From Candidatus Bathyarchaeia archaeon (GTDB taxonomy: Archaea; Thermoproteota; CALKCG01; B24; JAGTQN01), in the NCBI GenBank assembly GCA_038850515.1, contig JAWCLV010000005.1:688-64687 (forward strand): a stretch of 64,000 bases of DNA, written 5' to 3'. This document shows positions 1-8,432 of this stretch, in pieces. How positions within the stretch are numbered: position 1 is the stretch's first letter; every line of letters starts with the position of its first letter. Under the pieces are notes generated by a model. That model worked only from the letters and a program-made list of their open reading frames with translations, made no database searches and was not told where the DNA came from. The position numbers were made by a program, and so were the translations under genes.

Positions 1-391
1 GGGGCTCCATCCCTCAGGATTCCAAGAAGTCCTCGTTTCAAGACCAAAGGATCTGGAAGGCATCGATCCTCATAAACAAGCCATACGAATCGCCCATACG
101 GTTGGCCTTCGAAAACGTCTGAAGATCCTCGAGATGGCCCAGGGTCTTGGGATTAGGGTTTTGAACCCGGGTCCTACCAGCGCTCCGATCGTTCCACCTT
201 CCGAGGCGGAAGTTAAAGAAGGGAGTAAGGAGAAGGGAAAGAAGCCTGAAGTGGAGAAAGAAAGGGCGATGGGGAAGGGGGAAGGGAGTAAGGATAACAA
301 AAAAGGGAGTCAGAGGGACGAGGCGTATCAAGAAGAAGCCAAGGAAGCCTTAGAACCTTCTCCTAGTATCGAGGGAAGGGGCAACCCTTAG
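1..391 (+). CDS. rpl32e: 50S ribosomal protein L32e, 5'-truncated by the window edge, with a long charged C-terminal tail
   Basis: Frame from nt 2 reads [56 protein letters not shown] (L32e C-terminal signature) and runs into ORF 134..391; directly precedes L19e. Confidence 0.9.
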   Translation, partial: GLHPSGFQEVLVSRPKDLEGIDPHKQAIRIAHTVGLRKRLKILEMAQGLGIRVLNPGPTSAPIVPPSEAEVKEGSKEKGKKPEVEKERAMGKGEGSKDNKKGSQRDEAYQEEAKEALEPSPSIEGRGNP

Positions 392-404
392 GCAGGGGAT
401 TTGA

Positions 405-842
405 ATGTCAAGTCAAAGGAGACTCGCATCCCAGATTCTTAAGGTTGGCGAGAACAGAGTCTGGATGGACCCCGAAAGGATGGAGGATATAGAATCCTCC
501 ATCACTAGGGAGGAGATAAAAAGGCTCATCCATGAAGGAGCCATTAGAAAGATTCCGGAGAAGGGTATAAGCCGTGGCAGGATAGGGCTTCGCAAGGTAA
601 GGCGAAGGGGGTCTGGAAGCCGGAAGGGCTCTAGGCAGGCAAGATTTGGACCTGGGAATTCATGGCCTACTAGGATTCGATCCCAAAGGAGGCTTCTTAG
701 GGAGCTTAAAGAAAGGAGGCTTATCACGACCTCGAGCTACAGAAGGCTTTACTTGATGGCAAAAGGGGGCGCCTTCAAGAGCCTAGCTGAGCTGAGGCAC
801 TACATCGAAGTCCAAGGACTGGCTAGGAGGAGGCTAAGGTAG
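405..842 (+). CDS. rpl19e: 50S ribosomal protein L19e
   Basis: SQRRLASQILKVGENRVWMDPE...ITREEIKRLI; G.GSRKG motif; operon order. Confidence 0.97.
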   Translation: MSSQRRLASQILKVGENRVWMDPERMEDIESSITREEIKRLIHEGAIRKIPEKGISRGRIGLRKVRRRGSGSRKGSRQARFGPGNSWPTRIRSQRRLLRELKERRLITTSSYRRLYLMAKGGAFKSLAELRHYIEVQGLARRRLR

Positions 843-1427
843 ATGCCCGGTCTTCCCTTAAAGCGAAGGAGGCTCAAAAGAACGGATTACAGAAAGCGTT
901 TAAGGCTCATCCTTTCAGGAAAGCCTAGGCTTGTCGTCAGGGGTGCGAACAAGAACTATCAAGTTCAGGCCGTAGTGGCTGAGCCCCAAGGAGATAGGGT
1001 CCTAGCTTCGGCGAGCACCATGGAACTTTCGAAGCTATACGGATGGAAGGCCAGTCGGGGGAATATCCCTAGTGCTTACCTAGCAGGATACTTGTTGGGA
1101 CTAAGGGCCCTTGGTAAGGGCATCGAGGAGGCAGTCTTGGATACGGGCTTAGCAAGGCTCATCAGGGGCTCCCGTGCATCAGCGGCCATGAAGGGTGCTT
1201 TGGATGCCGGCTTGAAGGTCCCCCACGGAGAGGATGTTTTCCCCGACGAGGAGAGGATCAGGGGTATACATATTGCCCGCTACGCGGATTCCCTTCAGAA
1301 GATGAATCCGGAGCTTTACAAAAAGACCTTCTCCGCCTACTTGGCTGGAGGTATCAGGCCTGAAGAGCTTCCCCAGCATTTCGAAGCTACTAAGACTGAG
1401 ATAGATAAGTCCTTTGGAAGGGGGTAG
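843..1427 (+). CDS. rpl18: 50S ribosomal protein L18 (uL18)
   Basis: RRRLKRTDYRKRLRLILSGKPRLVVR; GNIPSAYLAGYLLG; VLDTGL. Confidence 0.97.
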   Translation: MPGLPLKRRRLKRTDYRKRLRLILSGKPRLVVRGANKNYQVQAVVAEPQGDRVLASASTMELSKLYGWKASRGNIPSAYLAGYLLGLRALGKGIEEAVLDTGLARLIRGSRASAAMKGALDAGLKVPHGEDVFPDEERIRGIHIARYADSLQKMNPELYKKTFSAYLAGGIRPEELPQHFEATKTEIDKSFGRG

Positions 1428-1436
1428 AATGGGAGC

Positions 1437-2060
1437 ATGTCATCTGAAGGGGAAGGATGGATTCCAAGGACAGGTCTCGGTAAACTCGTACAAGCTGGTA
1501 AGATCACTTCCATAGAAGATATCTTCGCCCAGGGTTATAGAATCGTGGAGCCTGAGATCGTGGACATCCTTCTCCCTGGGCTGGAGGTTGAGGTCCTAGA
1601 TACAGGTCTTGTTCAGAAGCAGACGGATGCGGGTGAGAAGGGACGTTTTAGGGCCATTGTTGCCATAGGAAACAGAAATGGTTGGATTGGCCTAGGCTCA
1701 GGGAAGGCTAAGCAGTGGAGGACAGCCATAGAGAAGGCAACCCTCGACGCCAAGCTCAACATAATCCCTGTGAGACGAGGCTGCGGGTCAAGAGAGTGCG
1801 CCTGCGACCAGCCCCACAGCCTTCCTTTCAAGGTAAAGGGAAAGTGTGGAAGCGTAACCGTTGAGCTTATACCCGGTCCTAGAGGCTTAGGCCTCGTAGC
1901 GAGTGAGGGTGTGAAGACCGTCCTCCAGCTTACGGGAATTAGGGACATCTGGACGAGGGCCTACGGATCCACGAGGACTAGGGCATCTATGGTATACGCG
2001 ACCTTCGATGCCCTTAGGGAGACCTTCAGAGTAGTGACTCCCCAAGACTGGGCGACATAA
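1437..2060 (+). CDS. rps5: 30S ribosomal protein S5 (uS5)
   Basis: WIPRTGLGKLV; VQKQTDAGEKGRFRAIVAIGN; KVKGKCGSVTVELIPGPRGLGLV. Confidence 0.97.
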   Translation: MSSEGEGWIPRTGLGKLVQAGKITSIEDIFAQGYRIVEPEIVDILLPGLEVEVLDTGLVQKQTDAGEKGRFRAIVAIGNRNGWIGLGSGKAKQWRTAIEKATLDAKLNIIPVRRGCGSRECACDQPHSLPFKVKGKCGSVTVELIPGPRGLGLVASEGVKTVLQLTGIRDIWTRAYGSTRTRASMVYATFDALRETFRVVTPQDWAT

Positions 2061-2066
2061 AGGGTA

Positions 2067-2558
2067 ATGAAGCTTTATGGAGGAAGCCGATCCTTGCCGA
2101 ACCTAATGGCTGTTGTACGCATAAGGGGTATGGCGAATACTCCGTCGGATGTTGAGGAGACCCTTAAGAGGCTGAGGCTTAAGAAAGTAAACACCTGCGT
2201 TCTAGTCCAAGAAACTCCTGAATACATGGGGATGCTCCAAAAGGTCAAGGATTGTGTTGCCTATGGCATCATTGATAGCGCCATGCTTTACGAGCTCCTT
2301 AGTAAAAGGGGGAGGCTTATAGGCGACAGGCCCTTAACGGAGGAGGGGGCTAAAGAGCTAGGCTTTCAGAACCTCGGGGACCTGGCTGAAGCCCTCGGAA
2401 ATGGAAGGATTAGAATATCGAATTTGAAGGGTTTGAAACCAGTCTTTAGGCTTCACCCTCCAAGCGGCGGATATGGTTCCGTGAAAAAGCCCTATCCAGA
2501 GGGAGCTTTAGGAAATTGGGGGAAGGACATTTCCCAGCTCCTGAAACGGATGATATAG
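2067..2558 (+). CDS. rpl30: 50S ribosomal protein L30 (uL30, long archaeal form)
   Basis: AVVRIRG...ETLKRLRLKKVNTCV; PVFRLHPPSGGY; GALGNWG. Confidence 0.95.
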   Translation: MKLYGGSRSLPNLMAVVRIRGMANTPSDVEETLKRLRLKKVNTCVLVQETPEYMGMLQKVKDCVAYGIIDSAMLYELLSKRGRLIGDRPLTEEGAKELGFQNLGDLAEALGNGRIRISNLKGLKPVFRLHPPSGGYGSVKKPYPEGALGNWGKDISQLLKRMI

Positions 2559-2571
2559 GCTTTCCTAGAGG

Positions 2572-2681
2572 CTTACAGTCAATCTAGAAACATTTTACCT
2601 AAATGAGATTTTGCCCTGCTTTTAGAGTTGATGGAAATTACCTTCAATGATTAGGTAAAATGTTGGAAGATTGACTGTAAG
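2572..2681. repeat. Imperfect 31-bp inverted repeat (28/31) enclosing a 48-nt spacer
   Basis: CTTACAGTCAATCT (2572-2585) / AGATTGACTGTAAG (2668-2681) and AACATTTTACCTAA (2589-2602) / TTAGGTAAAATGTT (2651-2664) are exact reverse complements. Confidence 0.9.
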
Positions 2682-2913
2682 TCCTTCTTTCATAAGCAAA
2701 AAGGAAGGGTTCGCTAGGGGAAGGGAGTCCGAAAAACAAAGCAAAGCCCGGCACGGGCTTCCTTACGCTTCTTCTAGGCTTTATCACGAATCCTAGATCC
2801 CCATGGGATGCGATGAATAAATCCCTCGTCGCTAGGATTCTCGAATAGCTTTTTAGCGAAAAAGTAGGCTAAAGGTTTTTTAATCAAGTTCAGGCGATAG
2901 TGTAGGGCTATCT

Positions 2914-4236
2914 ATGACAGAATTGGGTAAGGAAAAGGTCATAAAGGCTGTAAAAAATGAAGAAATAGCCTTTATAGACCTCATTTTCACGGATCTTCCA
3001 GGACAGATGAAGAATGTAACGATCTCACCTAGGGAGCTTGAGGACTGCATCGAGAGCGGTAAATGGTTTGACGGATCTTCCGTAGAGGGTTTTACAAGGA
3101 TACACGAAAGCGATATGCTCCTCATACCAGACCTTTCGACCTATGTTCGCCTTCCATGGTTGAGGGATGGAAAAAAGGCCGCCAGAATTATTTGTGATGT
3201 CTACGATCCCGATGGAAAGCCCTTCTCTGGAGACCCAAGGTACATCCTAAAGCGCGCCGTTGCGAAGGCTAGGGAGATGGGCTATATCTACAAGACGGGC
3301 CCTGAAATAGAGTTCTTTCTCTTTCGGGAGAACAGGGCTTACCACGATAGTGCAGGATACTTTGACTTCTCGCCCAGGGATATGGCTACGGACATAAGGG
3401 CCCTCATCACTACAACCCTCGAAGAGATGGGGATCCATGTAGAGATGAGCCACCATGAATGCGCCCCGAGCCAGCATGAGATCGATACGGAGTACTCAGA
3501 AGCCCTTAGGAGCGCCGATAATGTCATGACTGTAAAGCATGCCATCAAGACCGTAGCCTTCAGCAAGGGTCTATATGCAACCTTCATGCCCAAGCCCATA
3601 TATGGTGTCCAAGGAAGCGGCATGCATACCCATCAGTCCCTTTGGGATGATAAGGGACAAAACCTCTTCTACGATCCTAAGGATTCCTACAGGCTTTCAA
3701 AGCTCGCCTACTACTTCATGGGGGGACAACTGAGCCATATCAGGGAAATGGCAGCTATTCTCTGTCCCACAGTTAACAGTTACAAACGCCTAGTGAAGGG
3801 TTATGAGGCGCCCGTCTATATATGCTGGGGCCAGAGAAACCGCTCAGCCCTCATAAGGGTTCCAAGGTATAGCCTTGGAAGGGAAAGATCCACTAGGCTT
3901 GAGCTTCGATGTCCGGATCCGAGCTGTAACCCCTACCTAGCTCTGGCTGCCATGCTCATGGCAGGGCTTAAGGGAATTGAGGAGAAGATCGAACCTCCGG
4001 AGCCCGTTGAGGAAGATGTCTATGGTTTTGACGACAGGAAGCTGGCGAAGTTCTACATAAGGACCCTTCCTTCGAACCTTGGGGAAGCCCTAGAAGAATT
4101 GAAGAAAAGCCGCCTTATGAGGGAGACCTTAGGAGAGCATGCCTTTTCGAAGTACATTGAAGTGAAGGAGAAGGAGTGGTTGGAATTCCAAAGGTATGTG
4201 ACGGACTGGGAGCTCAAAAGATATGAGAGTCTTTAG
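2914..4236 (+). CDS. glnA: Glutamine synthetase type I
   Basis: FDGSSVEGF.RIHESDM; GPEIEFFLF; HHECAPSQHEI; TFMPKP; GSGMHTHQSL; NRSALIRVP; ELRCPDPSCNPYL. Confidence 0.97.
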   Translation: MTELGKEKVIKAVKNEEIAFIDLIFTDLPGQMKNVTISPRELEDCIESGKWFDGSSVEGFTRIHESDMLLIPDLSTYVRLPWLRDGKKAARIICDVYDPDGKPFSGDPRYILKRAVAKAREMGYIYKTGPEIEFFLFRENRAYHDSAGYFDFSPRDMATDIRALITTTLEEMGIHVEMSHHECAPSQHEIDTEYSEALRSADNVMTVKHAIKTVAFSKGLYATFMPKPIYGVQGSGMHTHQSLWDDKGQNLFYDPKDSYRLSKLAYYFMGGQLSHIREMAAILCPTVNSYKRLVKGYEAPVYICWGQRNRSALIRVPRYSLGRERSTRLELRCPDPSCNPYLALAAMLMAGLKGIEEKIEPPEPVEEDVYGFDDRKLAKFYIRTLPSNLGEALEELKKSRLMRETLGEHAFSKYIEVKEKEWLEFQRYVTDWELKRYESL

Positions 4237-4291
4237 GCGATAAGGAACCTAATGTATATGCCCTCCTCGCTTTGAATCGTCAGGAAGGGAG

Positions 4292-4972
4292 TTGGCTAGA
4301 ACATTGGAAGGGATGGAGGACCCTAAGGCGAGGGCTGAAAAGATTCTAAGGATTCTAAAGGAAGAATATAAGGATGCGAAGGTAGCCCTCCGATTCGGTA
4401 ATCCCTTGGAGCTCCTCATAGCGACCATCCTAAGCGCCCAGTGTACAGATGAGAGGGTGAATACCGTAACGAAAAGCCTTTTCCAAAAGTATAGGAAGCC
4501 TGAAGACTATCTAAATGTAAGCCTGGAAGAACTCGAGCGCGATATAAAGCCCACAGGTTTCTACAAGAATAAGGCCAGAAATATTCAAAGGGCCTGTAAG
4601 GTCCTCGTCGAAAAATTCGGCTCCCAGGTCCCTAAGAAAATGGAAGAATTGCTATCGCTCCCCGGAGTCGGAAGAAAGACTGCCAACATAGTCCTTTCGA
4701 ATGCATATGGCATCCACGAGGGAATCGCCGTTGATACCCATGTCAGGAGGCTCGCTTATAGGCTAGGGTTCACTAAGGAAAGGTCTCCTGAGAAGGTCGA
4801 GAAGGACTTAATGGCCCTCTTCCCTAAAGAAGATTGGCTGAAGGTTACCGATGTTCTCATATTCCATGGTCGAAGGATATGCTCAGCCAAGAAACCAGCC
4901 TGCGACATCTGCATAGTTTCGAGATTATGTCCATCAGCCTTTACCTTTCCCCATTTTAAGAAAGCTTTGTGA
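4292..4972 (+). CDS. nth: Endonuclease III (HhH-GPD, 4Fe-4S)
   Basis: LIATILSAQCTDERVN; LPGVGRKTANIVL; AVDTHV; CSAKKPACDICIVSRLC. Confidence 0.96.
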   Translation: MARTLEGMEDPKARAEKILRILKEEYKDAKVALRFGNPLELLIATILSAQCTDERVNTVTKSLFQKYRKPEDYLNVSLEELERDIKPTGFYKNKARNIQRACKVLVEKFGSQVPKKMEELLSLPGVGRKTANIVLSNAYGIHEGIAVDTHVRRLAYRLGFTKERSPEKVEKDLMALFPKEDWLKVTDVLIFHGRRICSAKKPACDICIVSRLCPSAFTFPHFKKAL

Positions 4973-5023
4973 ATTACGATCTGGGCTTTCCCTTAGGTTA
5001 ACGAAGGGGCGGGAGGATGCGCC

Positions 5024-5037
5024 TAAAGGTTTATGAA
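5024..5037 (+). promoter_or_regulatory. BRE/TATA promoter of tRNA-Leu
   Basis: TAAAGG followed by TTTATGAA (5030-5037), about 26 nt before the tRNA 5' end. Confidence 0.5.
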
Positions 5038-5063
5038 CTCGGCATGACGCCTTTTTCCTTGTT

Positions 5064-5196
5064 GCGGGGGTTGCCGAGCCAGGACAAAGGCGCAGGACTT
5101 AAGATCATGGGAAACTGGGCTAGAGAAGTCATCCTGTGGCGTAGGCCTCCGCGGGTTCAAAATCGCCTCCAAGCGATGGAAATCCCGCCCCCCGCA
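5064..5196 (+). tRNA. tRNA-Leu(UAA) with two introns: 37/38 (5104-5130, 27 nt) and 59/60 (5162-5182, 21 nt); no encoded CCA
   Basis: Spliced sequence GCGGGGG-TT-GCCGAGCCAGGACAAAGGC-G-CAGGA-CTTAAGA-TCCTG-TGGCGTAGGCCTCC-GCGGG-TTCAAAT-CCCGC-CCCCCGC-A folds as a class II cloverleaf; T-loop intron forms a full bulge-helix-bulge. Confidence 0.93.
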
Positions 5197-5372
5197 CTAG
5201 TCAGGCTAAAAAATCCTTCAAAGGTTTTGTGTCCTATCAAGCCCATCGAAGGGTAAGAAATTCTAAAATTGAGAAGTCAGGGATCCTTGCTTTCATCTTC
5301 GCTTTCACTTTCGTTTTATTTTCCCTAGAACCTAAGGAGCTCAACACGCCCTTAGTCAAATCATCAAGCTCC

Positions 5373-6116
5373 CTAACTATACGCATCCCGCTCCTTGGGA
5401 GAATTTGATTTTAATATCTCCTGCCTTATGCCTTCAAGGCATGCCTCGATATGGGATAGGCGCTCTTCTATACAGTCGAGCCTTTCCTTCAGGCTAAGAT
5501 GGGCAAGCAGATTCTTGGCTTGCATCCTTAGTCCTTCATAGCCCCTCATCGATTTAAGGAAACCCTTTTTTCGTAAATTCCTTAGAATGTCTGAGATCGC
5601 CCCCTCATTTAGACCGAGGATCTGACAGGCTTCTTCAAAGCTTTTCGTCGAGACAATGGCTTTAAGGATTCTAACCTCCTCGGGCGACAAGTCTTCGGAA
5701 GAAAGGATAGGCAAAAGCCCATACTCTTCGAGAACGCTCCTGAAGGCTTCCCTTACGATGGATTCGAGCTCCTCGGGGCTCAGGATATGATAGAACTCAG
5801 GTAGCTCGAGGACCTTAACCCCGAGCTCCTTGGAAACAACCTCGGCCGCCCTATCTGCAAATCCCTTACAGATAAGAAGGGGCTGAAGTTTCAGGAGGGC
5901 TGCATTTCCATGAGCTTGTCGTACATCGTTAACTCCCACCTTTCCCGCCTTCACCTCAACACAGTACAGCGTACCCTCTGGGGACTCGACTATCATGTCG
6001 ACTTCAGCCACCTGCGCCTCCCCAATTTGGATACGTTTATGGGATTCGATGATACGGAATCCCATGCGCTTTAAGAGCCCTTGGGCAATCCTTTCGCTAC
6101 TTAATCCCCTTCTCAT
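5373..6116 (-). CDS. PD-(D/E)xK (YraN/RecB-like) nuclease-domain protein with C-terminal HTH-like and coiled-coil segments
   Basis: SERIAQGLLKRMGF...AEVDMIV...YCVEVKAG; EEACQILGLNEGAISDILRNLRKKGF. Confidence 0.7.
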   Translation of the reverse strand: MRRGLSSERIAQGLLKRMGFRIIESHKRIQIGEAQVAEVDMIVESPEGTLYCVEVKAGKVGVNDVRQAHGNAALLKLQPLLICKGFADRAAEVVSKELGVKVLELPEFYHILSPEELESIVREAFRSVLEEYGLLPILSSEDLSPEEVRILKAIVSTKSFEEACQILGLNEGAISDILRNLRKKGFLKSMRGYEGLRMQAKNLLAHLSLKERLDCIEERLSHIEACLEGIRQEILKSNSPKERDAYS

Positions 6117-6147
6117 CCTCTCCTATCCCAAGTTTCTTAGGCAATAA

Positions 6148-6729
6148 GTGGCTCTTAACCTTCAAAGTTTCGAAGCCTTCCGAGTCTTCCTCGAAACTGC
6201 AATCCATATATCGGAGATGCCAAAACTTTCTCTGATCTATGTGAACCGTTTTGTCCTGCGCGGAAAAGAAACGAAGGTACTTCTGAAAAAGCTAAAGGAG
6301 AGCCTCGGTTTAAGCCTAGAACCATCAAAGGTCAAAGTCGAAGTGGTAAAGTCTGAAGATCTTATCTTGTATCTTCTTAATGGCTCTCCAGCCATTATGG
6401 AAAAGGATGGGCGCCTTCTTCCAACCCTTTTCTTCAAAGAACTGGTTCAGAAGCTTCCAACAGTTTGTGTGGATATGGGAGCCATACCTGCCATCTGCCG
6501 AGGGGCTGATGTCATGGCCCCCGGGGTTCGCCGAGTTGAAGGGGACTTTGGTGTAGGCTCCTACGTAAAGGTCGTGGACGAAGTTCATGGAAAGGCTATA
6601 GCCCTAGGGATAAGCCTCCTATCCTCCATAGCCATCAAAGGCCAAAGGACTGGTAAGGTTGTAGAAATATTCCACTTCGTAGGAGATAAGGTCTGGGATC
6701 TAGGGAAGACCGTGAAGCCTATATCCTGA
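6148..6729 (+). CDS. DUF1947/PUA-domain RNA-binding protein (MCT-1/Tma20-like)
   Basis: LPTVCVDMGAIPAICRGADVMAPGV; KAIALG; HFVGDKVW; true start may be downstream. Confidence 0.85.
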   Translation: MALNLQSFEAFRVFLETAIHISEMPKLSLIYVNRFVLRGKETKVLLKKLKESLGLSLEPSKVKVEVVKSEDLILYLLNGSPAIMEKDGRLLPTLFFKELVQKLPTVCVDMGAIPAICRGADVMAPGVRRVEGDFGVGSYVKVVDEVHGKAIALGISLLSSIAIKGQRTGKVVEIFHFVGDKVWDLGKTVKPIS

Positions 6730-6783
6730 AAAGTACAAATGTTTAAAGGCATAGATCAAAAATAATAGGAAGCGAGGGCCCTC

Positions 6784-7122
6784 TTGGAACCTTCAAATCC
6801 TTCTGAAGCTCCTTCTACAGCCGAAAAGATTCAAGGGGAAGTCGTTAGCCCCCCTAGAATCACATACCTCAAGGCCCTTCCCCTCAGGGACCTTTCTGAT
6901 GTAGCCTTAATAAAGGAAGAGGTCGAGGCTGGTAACATTCTCATTGTGCGCATCGCTCCCTTGGCTATGAAAAGTGTAGAGGATGTGAAGAAGGCTATAA
7001 ACGAACTCCGCGAATACATCGCCTCGATTCATGGCGATATAGCTCGCCTTGGAGAGGAGAGGATTGTCCTGACCCCAGCATCCATAAGGATTTGGAAGGG
7101 GAGGGAAAAAAGCATTTCCTAG
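6784..7122 (+). CDS. sepF: Cell division protein SepF (archaeal type)
   Basis: DVALIKEEVEAGNILIVRI...VKKAINELREYIASIHGDIARLGEERIVLTP. Confidence 0.85.
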   Translation: MEPSNPSEAPSTAEKIQGEVVSPPRITYLKALPLRDLSDVALIKEEVEAGNILIVRIAPLAMKSVEDVKKAINELREYIASIHGDIARLGEERIVLTPASIRIWKGREKSIS

Positions 7123-7275
7123 GATATACGGGCTATGCCATCCTATGAGGGAAAAGATATAGGGCTAATGGAAAGCTAGTTACAGCTCAGGTGAAGAAAG
7201 GAAAGAGAAAGATAATAAGGCAGCCTCGTAACGCTAGACTATTCCAAAGGATTCCTAAGCAAGGAGGCGAGGTAA

Positions 7276-8091
7276 ACGGCCCTCTTTATTACCGATATCC
7301 TTCTCATTCCACTAGCCTTTGCTATAGGAATTCTCTCTTCCATGATGGGGGTGGGAGGAGGCTTTCTCGCCGTCCCTGCCCTCGTTATACTGTTCAGCGT
7401 CCCCTTCCAGCAAGCTGCTGGGACAAGTCTTCTTATGATTGTTTTCACAGCCATATCCTCAACTTTCGCCTATTTCCGTCAGAAGAGAATCGATCCTGGT
7501 CTAGGAATTCTCTTGGCTTTGGGAAGTGTCCCTGGAAGCTCCATAGGAGCCTATACCACGGAATTCTTTGGAGGAAAGGAGCTTTCAGCGGCCTTTGGCA
7601 TCTTCATAGCCCTTGCCTCCCTTCGCATGATTCTAAACCCAAGGAATCCTTCCTCCGAGGCAAGGGTTCTTTCGGAAAGGTGGAGAAGGCGCCTTGTAGA
7701 TGCTACCAAGAAAACCTTCGAGTACAATGCCAACCCCCTTTCGTGCTTGGGTTTGGGTTTCTTCGGGGGCTTCGCCTCAGGTCTTTTCGGTGTAGGCGGA
7801 GGGATTGTCATGGTTCCGGCTATGAGACTTCTCCTCGGAGTACCTATGCATATAGCCGTAGCCACCTCCATGTTCACGATGATCTTTACTTCGATCTTCG
7901 GCGTACTAACGCATCTATACTTGGGAAATGTAATCCCCCACTATGCCCTTCTTCTTGCCTTAGGCGTCATAATGGGAGCCCAGATTGGAGCCCTGATAGC
8001 CAAGCAACTTAAGGAAAGGCGTCTTCAAATGTTCTTCGGCGTCCTCATGATCTTCGTGGGTATAAGAATGGTGATGGAGTATCTCCTATAA
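7276..8091 (+). CDS. Sulfite exporter TauE/SafE (TSUP) family membrane protein; N-terminus extends upstream of ATG 7342 to an ACG
   Basis: Internal repeat GVGGGFLAVP / GVGGGIVMVP; AAGTSL / AVATS; multiple hydrophobic helices. Confidence 0.85.
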   Translation, partial: TALFITDILLIPLAFAIGILSSMMGVGGGFLAVPALVILFSVPFQQAAGTSLLMIVFTAISSTFAYFRQKRIDPGLGILLALGSVPGSSIGAYTTEFFGGKELSAAFGIFIALASLRMILNPRNPSSEARVLSERWRRRLVDATKKTFEYNANPLSCLGLGFFGGFASGLFGVGGGIVMVPAMRLLLGVPMHIAVATSMFTMIFTSIFGVLTHLYLGNVIPHYALLLALGVIMGAQIGALIAKQLKERRLQMFFGVLMIFVGIRMVMEYLL

Positions 8092-8432
8092 GAAAGGGCT
8101 TCATGGAACTTATGAAAAATTCGATTCAAGTGGGCTTAAAATAAGACCAGATCTCAAAAGAAAAGCCTTAGTCTACCGATAGGCACACCAAACAATTCAA
8201 ATGAGGGAATAAAATAGGCTTCTTATCTTAAAAATGATTTCTATTAAGATATCTAACCAAAGCTCCCCAAATTATTCTCTATATGATAAAAATTTCTCCA
8301 TCCCCCCAAATCCATTAGAAAAAATGACCCTAAAGAGCCGATGTGGTGATGTGTTGATATGAATAGGTTTAGCGCTTCCTTACTTTGATTGCCTTCCTTT
8401 GTTAAATCAGAAGCTTCTATGGAATATCATAT

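Noticed and set aside
2633-2646. GGAA-N6-TTCA, near match to the NrpR operator GGAA-N6-TTCC
   Set aside because: One mismatch, about 270 nt upstream of glnA and inside the inverted-repeat spacer; too weak
2744-2840. Short hairpins AAGCCCG/CGGGCTT and GAATCCTAG/CTAGGATTC upstream of glnA
   Set aside because: They lie upstream of the likely TATA box and do not match the glutamine riboswitch pattern
5017-5256. 79-aa ORF in the track
   Set aside because: It overlaps the intron-containing tRNA-Leu; no protein features
7191-8012. 273-aa ORF overlapping the TSUP gene in another frame
   Set aside because: Shadow frame with no motifs; the basic N-terminus lacks the cysteines an Elf1-like protein would need
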